Assembly (NCBI RefSeq): GCF_004010195.1
Contig: NC_057718.1
Location: 93,608,774 to 93,668,217 of the forward strand
DNA length: 59,444 nucleotides
Direction: 5' to 3'
Source of the DNA: Chiloscyllium plagiosum
Lineage: Eukaryota
Below are positions 49,076 through 59,444 of the stretch, in pieces. Every line of letters starts with the position of its first letter. The first letter of the stretch is position 1. The notes beneath the pieces are model-generated. The model ran no database searches. It was not told where the DNA came from and saw only the letters and a list, made by a program, of their open reading frames with translations. The translations under genes and the position numbers were made by a program.

Positions 49076-50087
49076 TCGGTCAGAGAGCTGTGGAGGCAGA
49101 GCCCTTGTGTAGATTTAAGGCTGCAGTAGATGGATAGATTCCTGATCATGAGCAGAATCAAGGGCTATGGGGAAGTTGCAGGGAAATAGACATGAGGAAT
49201 GTCATAGAATCATAGAGATGTACAGCATGGAAACAGACCCTTCTGTCCAACTCGTCTATGTCACCAGATATCCTAAATTAATCTCTAAACCATTCCTATT
49301 CATATACCTATCCAGATGCATTTTAAATGTTGTAATTGTACCAGCCTCCACCACTTCTGCTGGCAGTTCCTTCCACACATGCACTGCCCTCTGTGTGGAA
49401 ACATTGCCCCTTCACTCCCTTTTATATCTTTCCCATCTCATTCTAAACCTATGCCCTTTAGTTCAGATCAACTGAGATCCTGTTGAATGGTAGAACAGGC
49501 TCAAGGGGCAGAATGGTTCATATTTCCGTTGTCTTATGGTCTTTCTTCTTTTAGGATATCCCTTGGTCACCAAGCTTTAGGTCTTCTGACCTTATGCCTC
49601 CTCGTGTGACTGGGTGTCCTTTTTGATTCATAACTTGCCTCTGCTGTATTTGAGTCATTTTGTTATGTCAGCAGTGTTTTATAATTATATTATTTTGTTC
49701 TTGTTAGGTATGTAGAAAATAACATTTACTTCATGTTTGCTGCAACAAATTGTAAAGATTTTGTTGTCTTTTTCATTTCTTCTGGTGTCCAGAACTAGAG
49801 GGCATTGGTTTAAGGTGAGAGGTTAAAGATTTAAAAGGGACCGAAGGCGCAACTTTTTCACACAGATGGTGATGCGTGTATGGAATCAATGGCCAGAGGA
49901 AGTGGTGAAGGCTGGCACAATTACAACACTTGAAAGGCATCTGGAAAAGTATATGAATAGGAAGGGTTTAGAAGGATATAGGCATAGTGCTGGCAAATGG
50001 GACTGGATTAATTTAGGATATCTGGCCAGCATGGACAAGTTGGACTGAAGGGTCTGTTTCTGTGTTGCATATCTCTATGACTCTATG
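49075..50087. mobile_element. CR1/HER1 3' fragments (49075-49545 +, nested 49203-49465 -, 49785-50087 +)
   Basis: WNQWPEEVVKAGTITTLERHLEKYM and tail motifs. Confidence 0.82.
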
Positions 50088-50243
50088 GGCTGAAATTGTA
50101 AAGAACTGTTTTGAAAACCAAGGATTGTTGAGGGATTATAACACTTTTCAAAAGCAAGTAACCTATCACTCATTGTAAGCACTGTTTACACAGCTACAGC
50201 AGTAGTGGAAGAAGGTGAGAAGGTTACAGATGAGCTGGTGCCT

Positions 50244-50288
50244 GGGGGTGTTGGGGGGTGCCTGGGGGGGGGGGGGGGGGGGCAGGGC
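50244..50288 (+). repeat. G-run cluster (G-quadruplex-forming potential)
   Basis: ggggg tgtt gggggg tgcct followed by a long G homopolymer and caggg. Confidence 0.6.
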
Positions 50289-50419
50289 AATGATCCAAAT
50301 GGAGGTTTGGCTGGCAACAAGTAGCTGATTGGTCTGTGGGCCTTGTGACCAATTGTTCACGATTAAAGCCTCCTTCCTGCCAACAGCGAGGTGATTGGCT
50401 CCCAGGTTGCTGAACAACT

Positions 50420-51315
50420 CAGTAGGCTATTGTACAAAATGCGAAGGAATGGGATTGTGGGAGATATAGCAGTTTGGATCAGTAATTGGCTTGCTGAAAG
50501 AAGACAGAGGGTGGTGGTTGATGGGAAATGTTCATCCTGGAGTCCAGTTACCAGTGGTGTANNNNNNNNNNNNNNNNNNNNNNNNNNNNNNNNNNNNNNN
50601 NNNNNNNNNNNNNNNNNNNNNNNNNNNNNNNNNNNNNNNNNNNNNNNNNNNNNNNNNNNNNNNNNNNNNNNNNNNNNNNNNNNNNNNNNNNNNNNNNNNN
50701 NNNNNNNNNNNNNNNNNNNNNNNNNNNNNNNNNNNNNNNNNNNNNNNNNNNNNNNNNNNNNNNNNNNNNNNNNNNNNNNNNNNNNNNNNNNNNNNNNNNN
50801 NNNNNNNNNNNNNNNNNNNNNNNNNNNNNNNNNNNNNNNNNNNNNNNNNNNNNNNNNNNNNNNNNNNNNNNNNNNNNNNNNNNNNNNNNNNNNNNNNNNN
50901 NNNNNNNNNNNNNNNNNNNNNNNNNNNNNNNNNNNNNNNNNNNNNNNNNNNNNNNNNATAGAGACATATAAGATAATCAGAGGGTTAGATAGGGTGGACA
51001 GGGAGAGCCTTTTTCCAAGAATGGTGACAGTGAGCACGAGGGGGCATAGCTTTAAATTGAGGGGTGATAGGTATAGGACAGATGTCAGAGGTAGTTTCTT
51101 TACTCAGAGAGTAGTAAGGGTATGGAATGCTTTGCCTGCAACAGTAGTAGATTCGCCAACTTTAAGTACATTTAAATCGTCATTGGACAAGCATATGGAC
51201 GTACATGGAATAGTGTAGGTTAGATGGGCTTCAGATTAGTATAACAGGTTGACACAACATCGAGGGCCGAAGGGCCTGTACTGCGCTGTAATGTTCTACG
51301 TTCTATGTTCTATGC
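50420..51315 (+). mobile_element. young CR1-clade LINE RT fragment spanning the assembly gap
   Basis: WISNWLAERRQRVVVDG..VTSGV [gap] IETYKIIRGLDRVDRESLFP..WNALPATVV; (ttctatg)n tail. Confidence 0.9.
50562..50957. other. assembly gap (396 N)
   Basis: Run of n. Confidence 1.
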
Positions 51316-51644
51316 GTCCAAATGTTTTGGCAGGAATTATTGAACCTTGAGAGGAGAAGGAGCAGACTTTGCTGTCCAGTAATAGAAAAGTCTCAAACCT
51401 GAAGATCGCTACTTTTTCTTTCCTTCTCTCAGCAGCTACTGCAAGCTGCTAAACAGTAAACCAGGGATTTGTGTGAACCCCATCCCCTCGCACCTGCTAC
51501 AAACAAGTGTAAGCATCCGCACAAAGAAAACTGAGAACCTATGTTCTGAAAAGCTCAAGAATCGTCTCAGCAAACCCTGTGAACACGGGCCACTGAACTG
51601 TTTTCCCTATGTTTGTCTCCACTCATAAGAGCCATATTTTATCT

Positions 51645-51966
51645 GTGCGTTTCTATGTTTGCGTGTGTGCGTATGCTTCGTATGTTTGCGTGCGTATGTC
51701 TGTGAGAGTGTGTGTACGTTTGCGTGTGTGGATGTTACATTTGTGTGTATATATGTCTCACATTTGTGTGTGTGTGTAAGTTATATTTCTGTGTATGTCT
51801 GAGAGTGTCTATTTGCTTCTGTATGTGTGTCTATGTTTGTGTGTATGTGTCACATGTTTGTATGTGTGTCTTATGTTTGTTTGTGTGTATCTACAAACTT
51901 GTGTGTATGTGGCTACGCTTGTGTGTGTCTTACATTTGCCTGTGTGTGTGTGTGAGAGAGAGAGAA
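51645..51966. repeat. degenerate (TG)n/(GA)n low-complexity tract, possibly inside an old LTR
   Basis: TG-rich sequence giving the spurious VCVC ORFs. Confidence 0.85.
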
Positions 51967-52149
51967 GGAGGAATTTATAAGCAGATTTGAGGTTTAAACA
52001 ATGGGTTAAATGCCATTTTTTCGTAATTATATACCTGCTGCTTGAATCTATTTACTTGCAATGAATCTTGTTAAAGCATGAACCAGGTTCCTGTACTTAT
52101 GTCAACCTGAGTCCAACAGGCAGGTAAATTGTGGAATTCTGTACACTGC

Positions 52150-52500
52150 CAATTGCTACAACTATGTCAGATTTCATCTTGGCCTCAACTCCACTTTCTT
52201 GCCCAGTCTCCCAACTGTGCAAACCAATACTCATTAACACTACATCTGGGGGAGTGAACTGTACAAATTCAAAACCTTTTGAGAGAAATAATTTCTCCTC
52301 ATCTCGCTTTATATATACTATGCCTTACCCTAAAACTATGACTTGTTATTCTAGATTTACCCACATGAGGAACCTTCCTTTCTACGTCAACTTTGTTAGT
52401 CCTCTTTAGCGTCTTGTGTACCTCAATTAGATTTCCTCTCATTCTCCGAGACTCCAGTGAGTATAGGCCTAATCTGCTCAACCTCTGTTCATAAGACAGT
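52150..52500 (-). mobile_element. CR1-clade LINE 3' fragment
   Basis: ORF 52299..52481(-) LGLYSLESRRMRGNLIEVHKTL. Confidence 0.8.
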
Positions 52501-53068
52501 GCTGTGAGTAAAACCTGCTACACACAGAGAAACAAGACACCTCTGCATTGTTCTGTGGCCTATAAAATGCAACAGACAAGAGTCGGTGAGAGGAGAGCTT
52601 CTACCTGTTTTTTGGTAGGATAGACTTGCTTTTCCTAAGCCGCTGTGCATTCAAATGGCTCTTAACTCATGATGAATAGTCGTGGAAAAAATGCAGACCT
52701 CCTTTTCACTATCAAGATGTACAGGGAAGTGTCTAATTCTGCATGAAAACGTGTTGTTGAAACAGTAAGAATGGAAACGTAAGTGAAAGCAGTGATCTGT
52801 GTGTGAGGTCTCAGGGAAAAAAAAACAGAAGGGTCTGGGTCAAACCCATCCAGGGTATATTGCAGCCAATAAAAGTCTGACATCAAATCGGCTGAAGGTT
52901 GAGCTCCCACTCTCCACCATTATTCCTGGCACTCAATTAAGATAAATCTCGTTTTAAGCATGTAAAGTTTTCCCAGCCAGCAAGTTCCACTGTTTTTAGA
53001 ACATCCTTTTCATAACCATTTTTGGCTCCAATGACCAGAAGTTCAGCTGCACTGAATAACACAGGCCA

Positions 53069-53088
53069 TTACTGCCCTCTACTGCTAG
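53069..53088 (-). promoter_or_regulatory. candidate CTCF site
   Basis: Minus strand tagcagtagagggcagtaa versus consensus CCASYAGRKGGCRS, in non-repeat sequence. Confidence 0.4.
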
Positions 53089-53854
53089 AGATCTGTATCT
53101 ACACCGTGATGAAGAAATGTGAATTCTCTTCGTCTATAGGAGTGTGTTCGGTTTGCCAATGATCTACTCACTTTTAATTATAACACACAGTTGAAACTGA
53201 ACTAATGAATGATATAAAGGTGAATGGCATACATCCATGAAGGCCTGACTTTACAATCTTTTACATTTCGTGCAAATATTATGAATGTTTAATACAGTGT
53301 CTACATTGTTCCGATCCGAGACTTTTCAGGTATTTGATATTGAAATGATTGAAATGGTCTGACATTGGTTATAAATCTCAATGCTTCTGTAAATATAGTG
53401 TGAAATATTTTCTCTGTGATCAAGGTCCCATGGTAATGTGCTGCTCCACTTGATGTTTGAAAGAATCGTACTTTGATTTTGCAAACCACTCCACCATAGA
53501 GTATTCAAAGTCAATCATTTCTCTTTTTTTCAAAAAAATCTTGCACAGGAAAGGAATTGCTTCTGACCATAAGCCAGGACTAAATACCATTAGCTGACAG
53601 CACAGACTGAGTTATCATGTCAGTAATGGATAATGATGCTTTAAACATCTGTCAAGAGGTATAGACCAAGGAAGGACTGATGTTTCAATTTAGTTCTAAA
53701 TGGGTTAAAATTGGTGCTAGTCTTAGCTGAAAAATCATGTCAAGCCTTACTTAACTCTCCCCCAGCTTAAATTGATTTTGAGTAATTATTCACAAGTCTG
53801 TGTACTTAACTTGGGTAATTTGAAAGTAAAGTCCAAGTGGCAGCAGAGGGAGAT

Positions 53855-54355
53855 GGTATAGAAAACACAAAGTGCTGAAAAATACTCAGCAGGTCTGGCA
53901 GCATCTGCTGAGAGAAAAACAGAGTGAATGTTTCAAGACTAACTTGACTCTTCTCCAGAACAGGTTCTGGATATGAAATGTTTTAGACTCCCTACAGTGT
54001 GGAAACAGGCCCTTTGGCCCAACAAGTCCATACCAATCCTCTGAGAAATAACCCACCCCCCCTCTGACTAATGCACTTAGCACTATGGACTATTTAGCCT
54101 GGCCATTCACCTGACCTGCACATCTTTGGAATGTGGGAGGAAACCAGAGCACCTGGAGGAAATCCACACAGACACAGGGAGAATGTGCAAACTCCACACA
54201 GACAGTCACCCAAGGCTAGACCCTGACGTAGGAGTGCTAACCACTGAGCCACCACATTAACCCTGTTTCTTGCTCCACAGATGCTGACAGACCCTATTGG
54301 ATTTCTCCAGCATTTTCTATTTGCAGATTTCCCACATCCGCAGTGCTTTGCTTTA
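53855..54355. mobile_element. inverted pair of PLE termini with an HE1 SINE (53980-54255, minus) between the arms
   Basis: Left: tactcagcaggtctggcagcatctg..gtttcaagac..cttctccagaac; right: ttaaccctgtttct..cagatgctgacagacc..catccgcagtgctttg. Confidence 0.7.
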
Positions 54356-54660
54356 TAAGATAGCTTGCAAGTTGTGCTTAGCAAAATGAAAATGCTTAAA
54401 ACCAAAGGGCAGGGGGCGGGGAGGGGGATAAAGATTCAGAGCATTTATAGATGCTAAGAGCCAGCAGCAGCTTCATTGCAAGGCTAAAGAAGTGATGGGG
54501 AAAACAGCAAAAACTTGCTTTTATCTTGAGCCTCTACGAAATAAAATGCTCTGGGACGACTGAAGGAGGAGTCAGAAATGTGTGCAACTGTCCACAGACA
54601 CATGGTGAAGGAGTTCTGCTGTTGAGGTGGTTCTGGGTAAGGCGGTGGACTGTCTCTGGG

Positions 54661-54687
54661 CTTCTCTCTCTCTCTCTCTCTCTCTCT
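54661..54687. repeat. (CT)n microsatellite
   Basis: ctctctct run. Confidence 0.9.
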
Positions 54688-54804
54688 GGCACCATCCCCA
54701 TTGGTCAGAATTGTAACATTTTCACAGGGAAGTGAAGGCAATTCTTAGATACAGTTTATTGCCACTGCTGTCTTTATGCCAGATAATGCATAGGAATTAG
54801 AGAA

Positions 54805-55850
54805 GGCGATGGCCTTGCGATATTATTGCTGGAACACTGATCCAGACACCCAGGTAATGTTCTGGGGACCTGGGTTGAAATCCTATCACAGTAGGTGATG
54901 GGATTTGAATTCAATAGAAATCATTCTCCTTGAAGTGTCAAAGACTGAGGGGTGACCTTACACAGGTTCATACAATCATTAGGGGCATGAATGAGGTGAA
55001 CAGACATGGTCTTTTTCCCGGGGTTGGGGGAGTCCAAAACGAGAGGGTGTAAGTTTAAGGTGAAAGGGGAAAGATTTAAAAGGGACCTAAGAGGCAACTT
55101 TTTCATGCAGAGGGTATGGAATGACCTGCCAGAGGAAGTAGTGGAAGATGGTACAATTATAACATTATTTTAGATTAGATTCCCTACAGTGTGTAAACAG
55201 GCCCTTCGGCCTAACAAGTCTACACTGACCCTCCGAAGAGTAACCCATCCAGACCCATTTCCCTCTGACTAATACACCTAACACTATGGGCAATTTAGCA
55301 TGGCCAATTCACCTGACCTGCACATCTTTGGACTGTGGGAGGAAACCGGAGCACCCAGAGGAAACCCACACAGACACAGAGAGAATTTGCAAACTCCACA
55401 CAGACAGTCACCCAAAATTGGAATCAAACATGGGTCTCTGGCGCTGTGAGGCAGCAGTGCTAACCACTGAGCCACCGTGCCAGTCAAAAGGGATCTGGAT
55501 AGGTACATGAATAGGAAGGGTTTAGAAGGATACAGGCTAAGTGCTGGCAAATGGGACTAGATTTATTTAGGATATCTGGTTGGCATGGACACGTTGGACT
55601 GAAGGGACTGTTTCCATGCTGTACATGTCTCTGACTCTATGACTCTAAGTGTTTACTGATGTCTATGAAGCTTTTGTCAGGAAAAGCCCTCTAGCTTCAC
55701 TAATGTCCTTTCAGGAAGGAAGCTTCCACCCTTCCTGATCTGATCGACGTGTGACTCCAGACACTTAACTTCCCTCTGGGCAATTAGGGATGGGCAACAA
55801 ATGCTGTCCTAGTTAGTGAAGCCCTCATCCTGTGAATGATTTTTTGTTCA
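54805..55850 (+). mobile_element. SINE family B split by HER1 (54925-55648 +), itself split by HE1 (55170-55482 -)
   Basis: Head ccagacacccaggtaatgttctggggacctgggttgaaatcc; body and tail resume at ~55650 with ttcactaatgtcc..caattagggatgggcaacaaatgctg. Confidence 0.82.
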
Positions 55851-56719
55851 ACTAAGAGCAGAATTACACCATTTGGTCCATTGAATCTGCAAGGTCCTGC
55901 ACAGATCTATACTACTTGGTGGTTTCCAGGTATTTTCCTCATCAATCTGTTCAGAGATGCTGTGACACAGCTCAGGTGTCGGTAGAACTTGAAGGCTCCA
56001 GTCTCAGAGGTAGGGACACTGTCATTTCTGCACAAGAGTCCTGGAAAGGAGTGATGGCAGTGTCCGCATGCTTGACTTTGTAAGCGTTGTTGAATCTGAA
56101 GCCTAGCCTTTGAGCTCCAATAGATTTTCTCATTGTTTTCTTTGGAGTGGTATTGTCAGGGAATGAAAAGAGATGGGCAGCGAGCAGAAAGGTGCAGTCG
56201 AAACCCAAGGCCAGCCACAATCAACATAAACAATGGAGCAAGCTTAATAGATAATACGGTCTATTGCTGCTCCCATTTCTCATATTCTTTGTGCATAATC
56301 AGTGCTGACAGAAACAAAAGTCTAGAAGTACGTGGAGCAAAATTTCCACTTGCCTGTGGGTATACTTTCTATCTTATGTCAGATCCAGAGCCAATGGATG
56401 TGCAGAATATGAGAAGGTGACAATCTTAGGAGAGGACAGGTGGGAGGGGTTTTGTAGACACAGCACACCCAGTGCTGCATACTTCCATTTATTACAAATG
56501 TTCCAGTCGTATGACAAATGGGGTTTATAATTTGAAGGTAAGACTCTGTACAGGGAACTGAGAGGCTTTCTAGAAACACCTGATGTGCTGCTTTGATTTT
56601 TGCAAAGATGATCTGGGATTATACATCACATTATGTCTTGTGGTGTACTGTGACAGACAGCAGACTGACATATCCCCATTAAAGATATGTATACATTATA
56701 ACATAGGCTGTCCATGCCA

Positions 56720-57400
56720 GTCATCTCTGCTACTAAATGCGTGACCTGTAATTCTGAGATTATGCCCTCTGGTCCAAGACTCTCCCACAGGAAACAACAT
56801 CTCCTGTCTAACTCTCCACCAATTCTGTGTGTTTAAATAAGGTCGTCTCTCACCCTTCTTTATTCCCAGAGTACAGGCACAATCTACCCAGCTTCCCCTC
56901 ATAACAAAATCCCTCCATATCTGTGATCGACTGCGTGCACCTTGGCTGCACTGCCTCCATGTCAATACATTTTTCCTTAGATAATGGACCCAAAACTATT
57001 TGTAGTATCCAGCTGTGAGCTGAATAGTGCCTTGTATAGTTTGCAAAACCTCCTTACTTTTAGGTTCCATTCCCTTTGAAATAAAGGCCAACATTCCGAC
57101 TGCCTTCCCTATGACCTGCTGACCTTGCCTGTCAGTGTTTTGTGATTCATGGGCGAAGGGTCCCTCTGTTTTGTAGCTTTCTGTAGTCTTTCACCATTTT
57201 CTCCTCTTTTCTTCCTGCCAAAGTGCATAACCTCATGCTTCCCACATTACAGTCCATCTGCCAAGTTTTTGCCCACTCGCTTAATCTGTTTATATCCCTC
57301 TGTAGCTTCTTTGTATCATCCTTACTGCTTGCCTTGACATCTATTTTTGTGACATCCGCAAACTTGGTTTCAGTACATTCACTTTCATCACCTGAGTCAC
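56720..57400 (-). mobile_element. CR1-clade LINE RT fragment
   Basis: ORF 57147..57446(-) KFADVTKI..LQRDINRLSEWAKTWQM. Confidence 0.85.
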
Positions 57401-57499
57401 ACTGTTTTTCTGGCTCAGATTGAGTGTGTAAGAGGGCAGAGTGCAACTAGGGCTGTGACAGGACTGACAGCGTGATTGGAGTGTTTCAGACCTGGAGGT

Positions 57500-58068
57500 A
57501 GAGAGTCATGGAGCTGTACAGCATGGAAACAGACCCTTCAGTCCAACTTGTCCATGCTAACGAGGTGACCTAAATTAATCTAGTCACATTTGCCAGCACT
57601 TGGCCCATATCCCTCTAAACTCTTCCTATTCAAATGGGAGAAAGTGAGGTCTGCAGATGCTGGAGATCAGAGCTGAAAATGTGTTGCTGGAAAAGCGCAG
57701 CAGGTCAGGCAGCATCCAGGGAACAGGAGAATCGACGTTTCGGGCAAAAGCCCTTCCTATTCAAATGCCCATCCATTGGCCTTTTAAATGCTGTAATTGT
57801 ACCAGCTTCCACCACTTCCTCTGGCAGCTCATTCCATGTACGCACCACCCTCTGTGTGAAATGGTTCCCCTTTAAGTTCCTTTTAAATCTTTCCCCTCTC
57901 ACCCTAAACCAATGCCCCTAGTTTTGGATTTGCCCACCCCTGGAAAAAGACCTTGTCTATTTGCCCTATCCATGCCCCTCATGATTTTATAAACCTCTAT
58001 AAGGCCTCAGTCTCCGACGCACCAGGGAAAAAAGCCCTAGCCTATTTAGCCTCTCCCTGTAGCTCAAA
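57500..58068 (-). mobile_element. HER1/CR1 LINE 3' end
   Basis: RGERFKRNLKGNHFTQRVVRTWNELPEEVVEAGT. Confidence 0.9.
57637..57752 (-). mobile_element. 116-bp PLE terminus insertion, 15-bp TSD, truncated inside the hammerhead
   Basis: TSD cttcctattcaaatg at 57622-57636 and 57753-57767. Confidence 0.9.
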
Positions 58069-58351
58069 TGGGAGCAGATTTTCTTTTAAATTCTTTTGAA
58101 GGGCATCACTGACTGGGCCAGCATTTCATGCTCATCCCTAGCTGGCCTTGAGAAGCTGGCAGTGACCTTTAGGACACAATACCTGTTTTAAGAAGTCTGT
58201 AGAAGGCTGACCTCGAAAAGTTGGATGTCATGTTCATGAGGAGATAGACAGATTTAAAAGGACTGGAGATGTCGACTAACATGGGGTATCTGGGAGCATT
58301 GTTGGGTGGTAAGGAATTTACTGGGAATATGATCAAGAAGACTTGAAGGTA

Positions 58352-58555
58352 GGCCCCATCTTCCATCTTGGGACCCTCCAATCACACGGCATCAACGCCG
58401 ATTTCACCAGTTTCCTCATCTCCCCTCCCCCCACCTCATCCCAGCTCCAACCCTCCAACTCGGCATCTCTTGAACTGTCCTACTTGTGTTGACTCTCTTG
58501 TTCCTTGGATGCTGCCTGACCTCCTGTGCTTTTCCAGCACCCCACTTTTCGACTC
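58352..58555 (+). mobile_element. PLE 3' fragment
   Basis: IFHLGTLQSHGINADFTSF followed by ggatgctgcctgacctcctgtgcttttccagcac. Confidence 0.78.
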
Positions 58556-59254
58556 ATTGGAATCCAAATTGGCAGGGGGTTTGTGAAACTGGAGCTGTGG
58601 CTTATGCGTCTAACACTTGTTTCAGTCACTTGTCCTTGGCACCTATTGAGGAGCACTAACCAATAGAATAGGCATTGCATATCTGGCACATACATGGGAC
58701 CTGTTTCCCGTCTGTAAAAATGCATGCAGTGAGATCCTGTTTTCAACTTTCACTGCAGTAATGTAGGCTTGCTGATTAATGTCTCAAGATCAGGTCCGAG
58801 CTGGTCATCTGCAGTTGTGCCAAGATATGTGTGGAAGATGGTAAACCCAGTGAAACTTCACCCTTAGCTTAACGGTCAAGAAACAGATCTTGGGGCCATT
58901 AATCCAACCATTACAAATCACATCTATAACATACAGAGTTCCACTAGGCCTCTCATATTAGTGGCCTTCAGTCACCTCCAGTCATGTTTTAATTCACAAA
59001 ACAATATCTGGGTGATTGACCTATCTCTTGGTTTATTGGAGATAAATGACTTTCAATTTGTACTTTGCCTTAAAATTAAGCTCACATGTTTGTGACCTTC
59101 TTGTGTACCGAAAGCCAATGGGTTTCTGCCGAACTTGTTTTTGGGTCAGATGTTTTGCCACAAAAAAACTTGTGAGGAAGCAAAATCTCTACATCTTGTT
59201 AAAACTCAGTTCACTGTGGAAAGGATGATTGAGCCCAAACGTCTGGCTGTTGAC

Positions 59255-59444
59255 TGTTAAATTTGAAAAGTGTGGCGCTGCATAAAGTACAACAGCTCAG
59301 GCAACATCTGAGGAGCAGGAGAATTGATGGTTCAGGCATAAGCCCATCATCAGGAATGTGGAGGGAGGGGGTAAAGGGACTGAGAAATAAATAGGTGGGT
59401 GGGGGTGGGGCTGAGGTCAACGTAGCTGGGCAGGCGATAGGTGG
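59255..59444 (-). mobile_element. PLE 3' terminus, runs off the window end
   Basis: Minus strand attcCTGATGAtgggcttatgcctgaacc; same family as 45905-46300. Confidence 0.78.

Noticed and set aside
50363..51218. Long ORFs of 139-275 aa
   Set aside because: They are artefacts of reading through 396 Ns. The same CR1 interval spans roughly 630 bp in the 37593-39600 copy, so the gap size is probably only an estimate.
1..59444. CRISPR arrays, prokaryotic operons or an endogenous non-retroviral virus
   Set aside because: No regularly spaced repeat-spacer units and no recognisable viral motifs. The A-rich 11.3-15 kb region resolves mostly to a Gypsy remnant.

Overview
This is repeat-dense, apparently intronic or intergenic vertebrate DNA. 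The repeat complement (HE1-type V-SINEs, HER1/CR1-clade LINEs, Deu-domain SINE relics, Rex/Babar LINE ends) points to a shark genome, plausibly a carpet/bamboo shark (inference). I can support no host protein-coding exon; essentially all recognisable ORFs are retroelement fragments. The window contains about 12 HE1-type SINEs, about 20 CR1/HER1 fragments, two decayed Ty3/Gypsy elements, five solo LTRs, a tRNA-Thr(TGT) pseudogene and a 396-N gap. It also has more than 20 Penelope-like element (PLE) fragments from several lineages whose 3' termini carry minimal hammerhead-ribozyme cores (CUGANGA...GAAA). Three things stand out. (i) A 318-bp fold-back insertion with two hammerheads (9789-10106) lies exactly between two ~99% identical 969-bp direct copies of the target, an apparent kilobase-scale target-site duplication. 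(ii) Tiny ORF-less, often palindromic PLE-terminus insertions with clean 12-15 bp TSDs recur throughout. (iii) An old, pol-deleted Gypsy element has a long unexplained leader. Coordinates were read by eye, and boundaries of decayed repeats are approximate.
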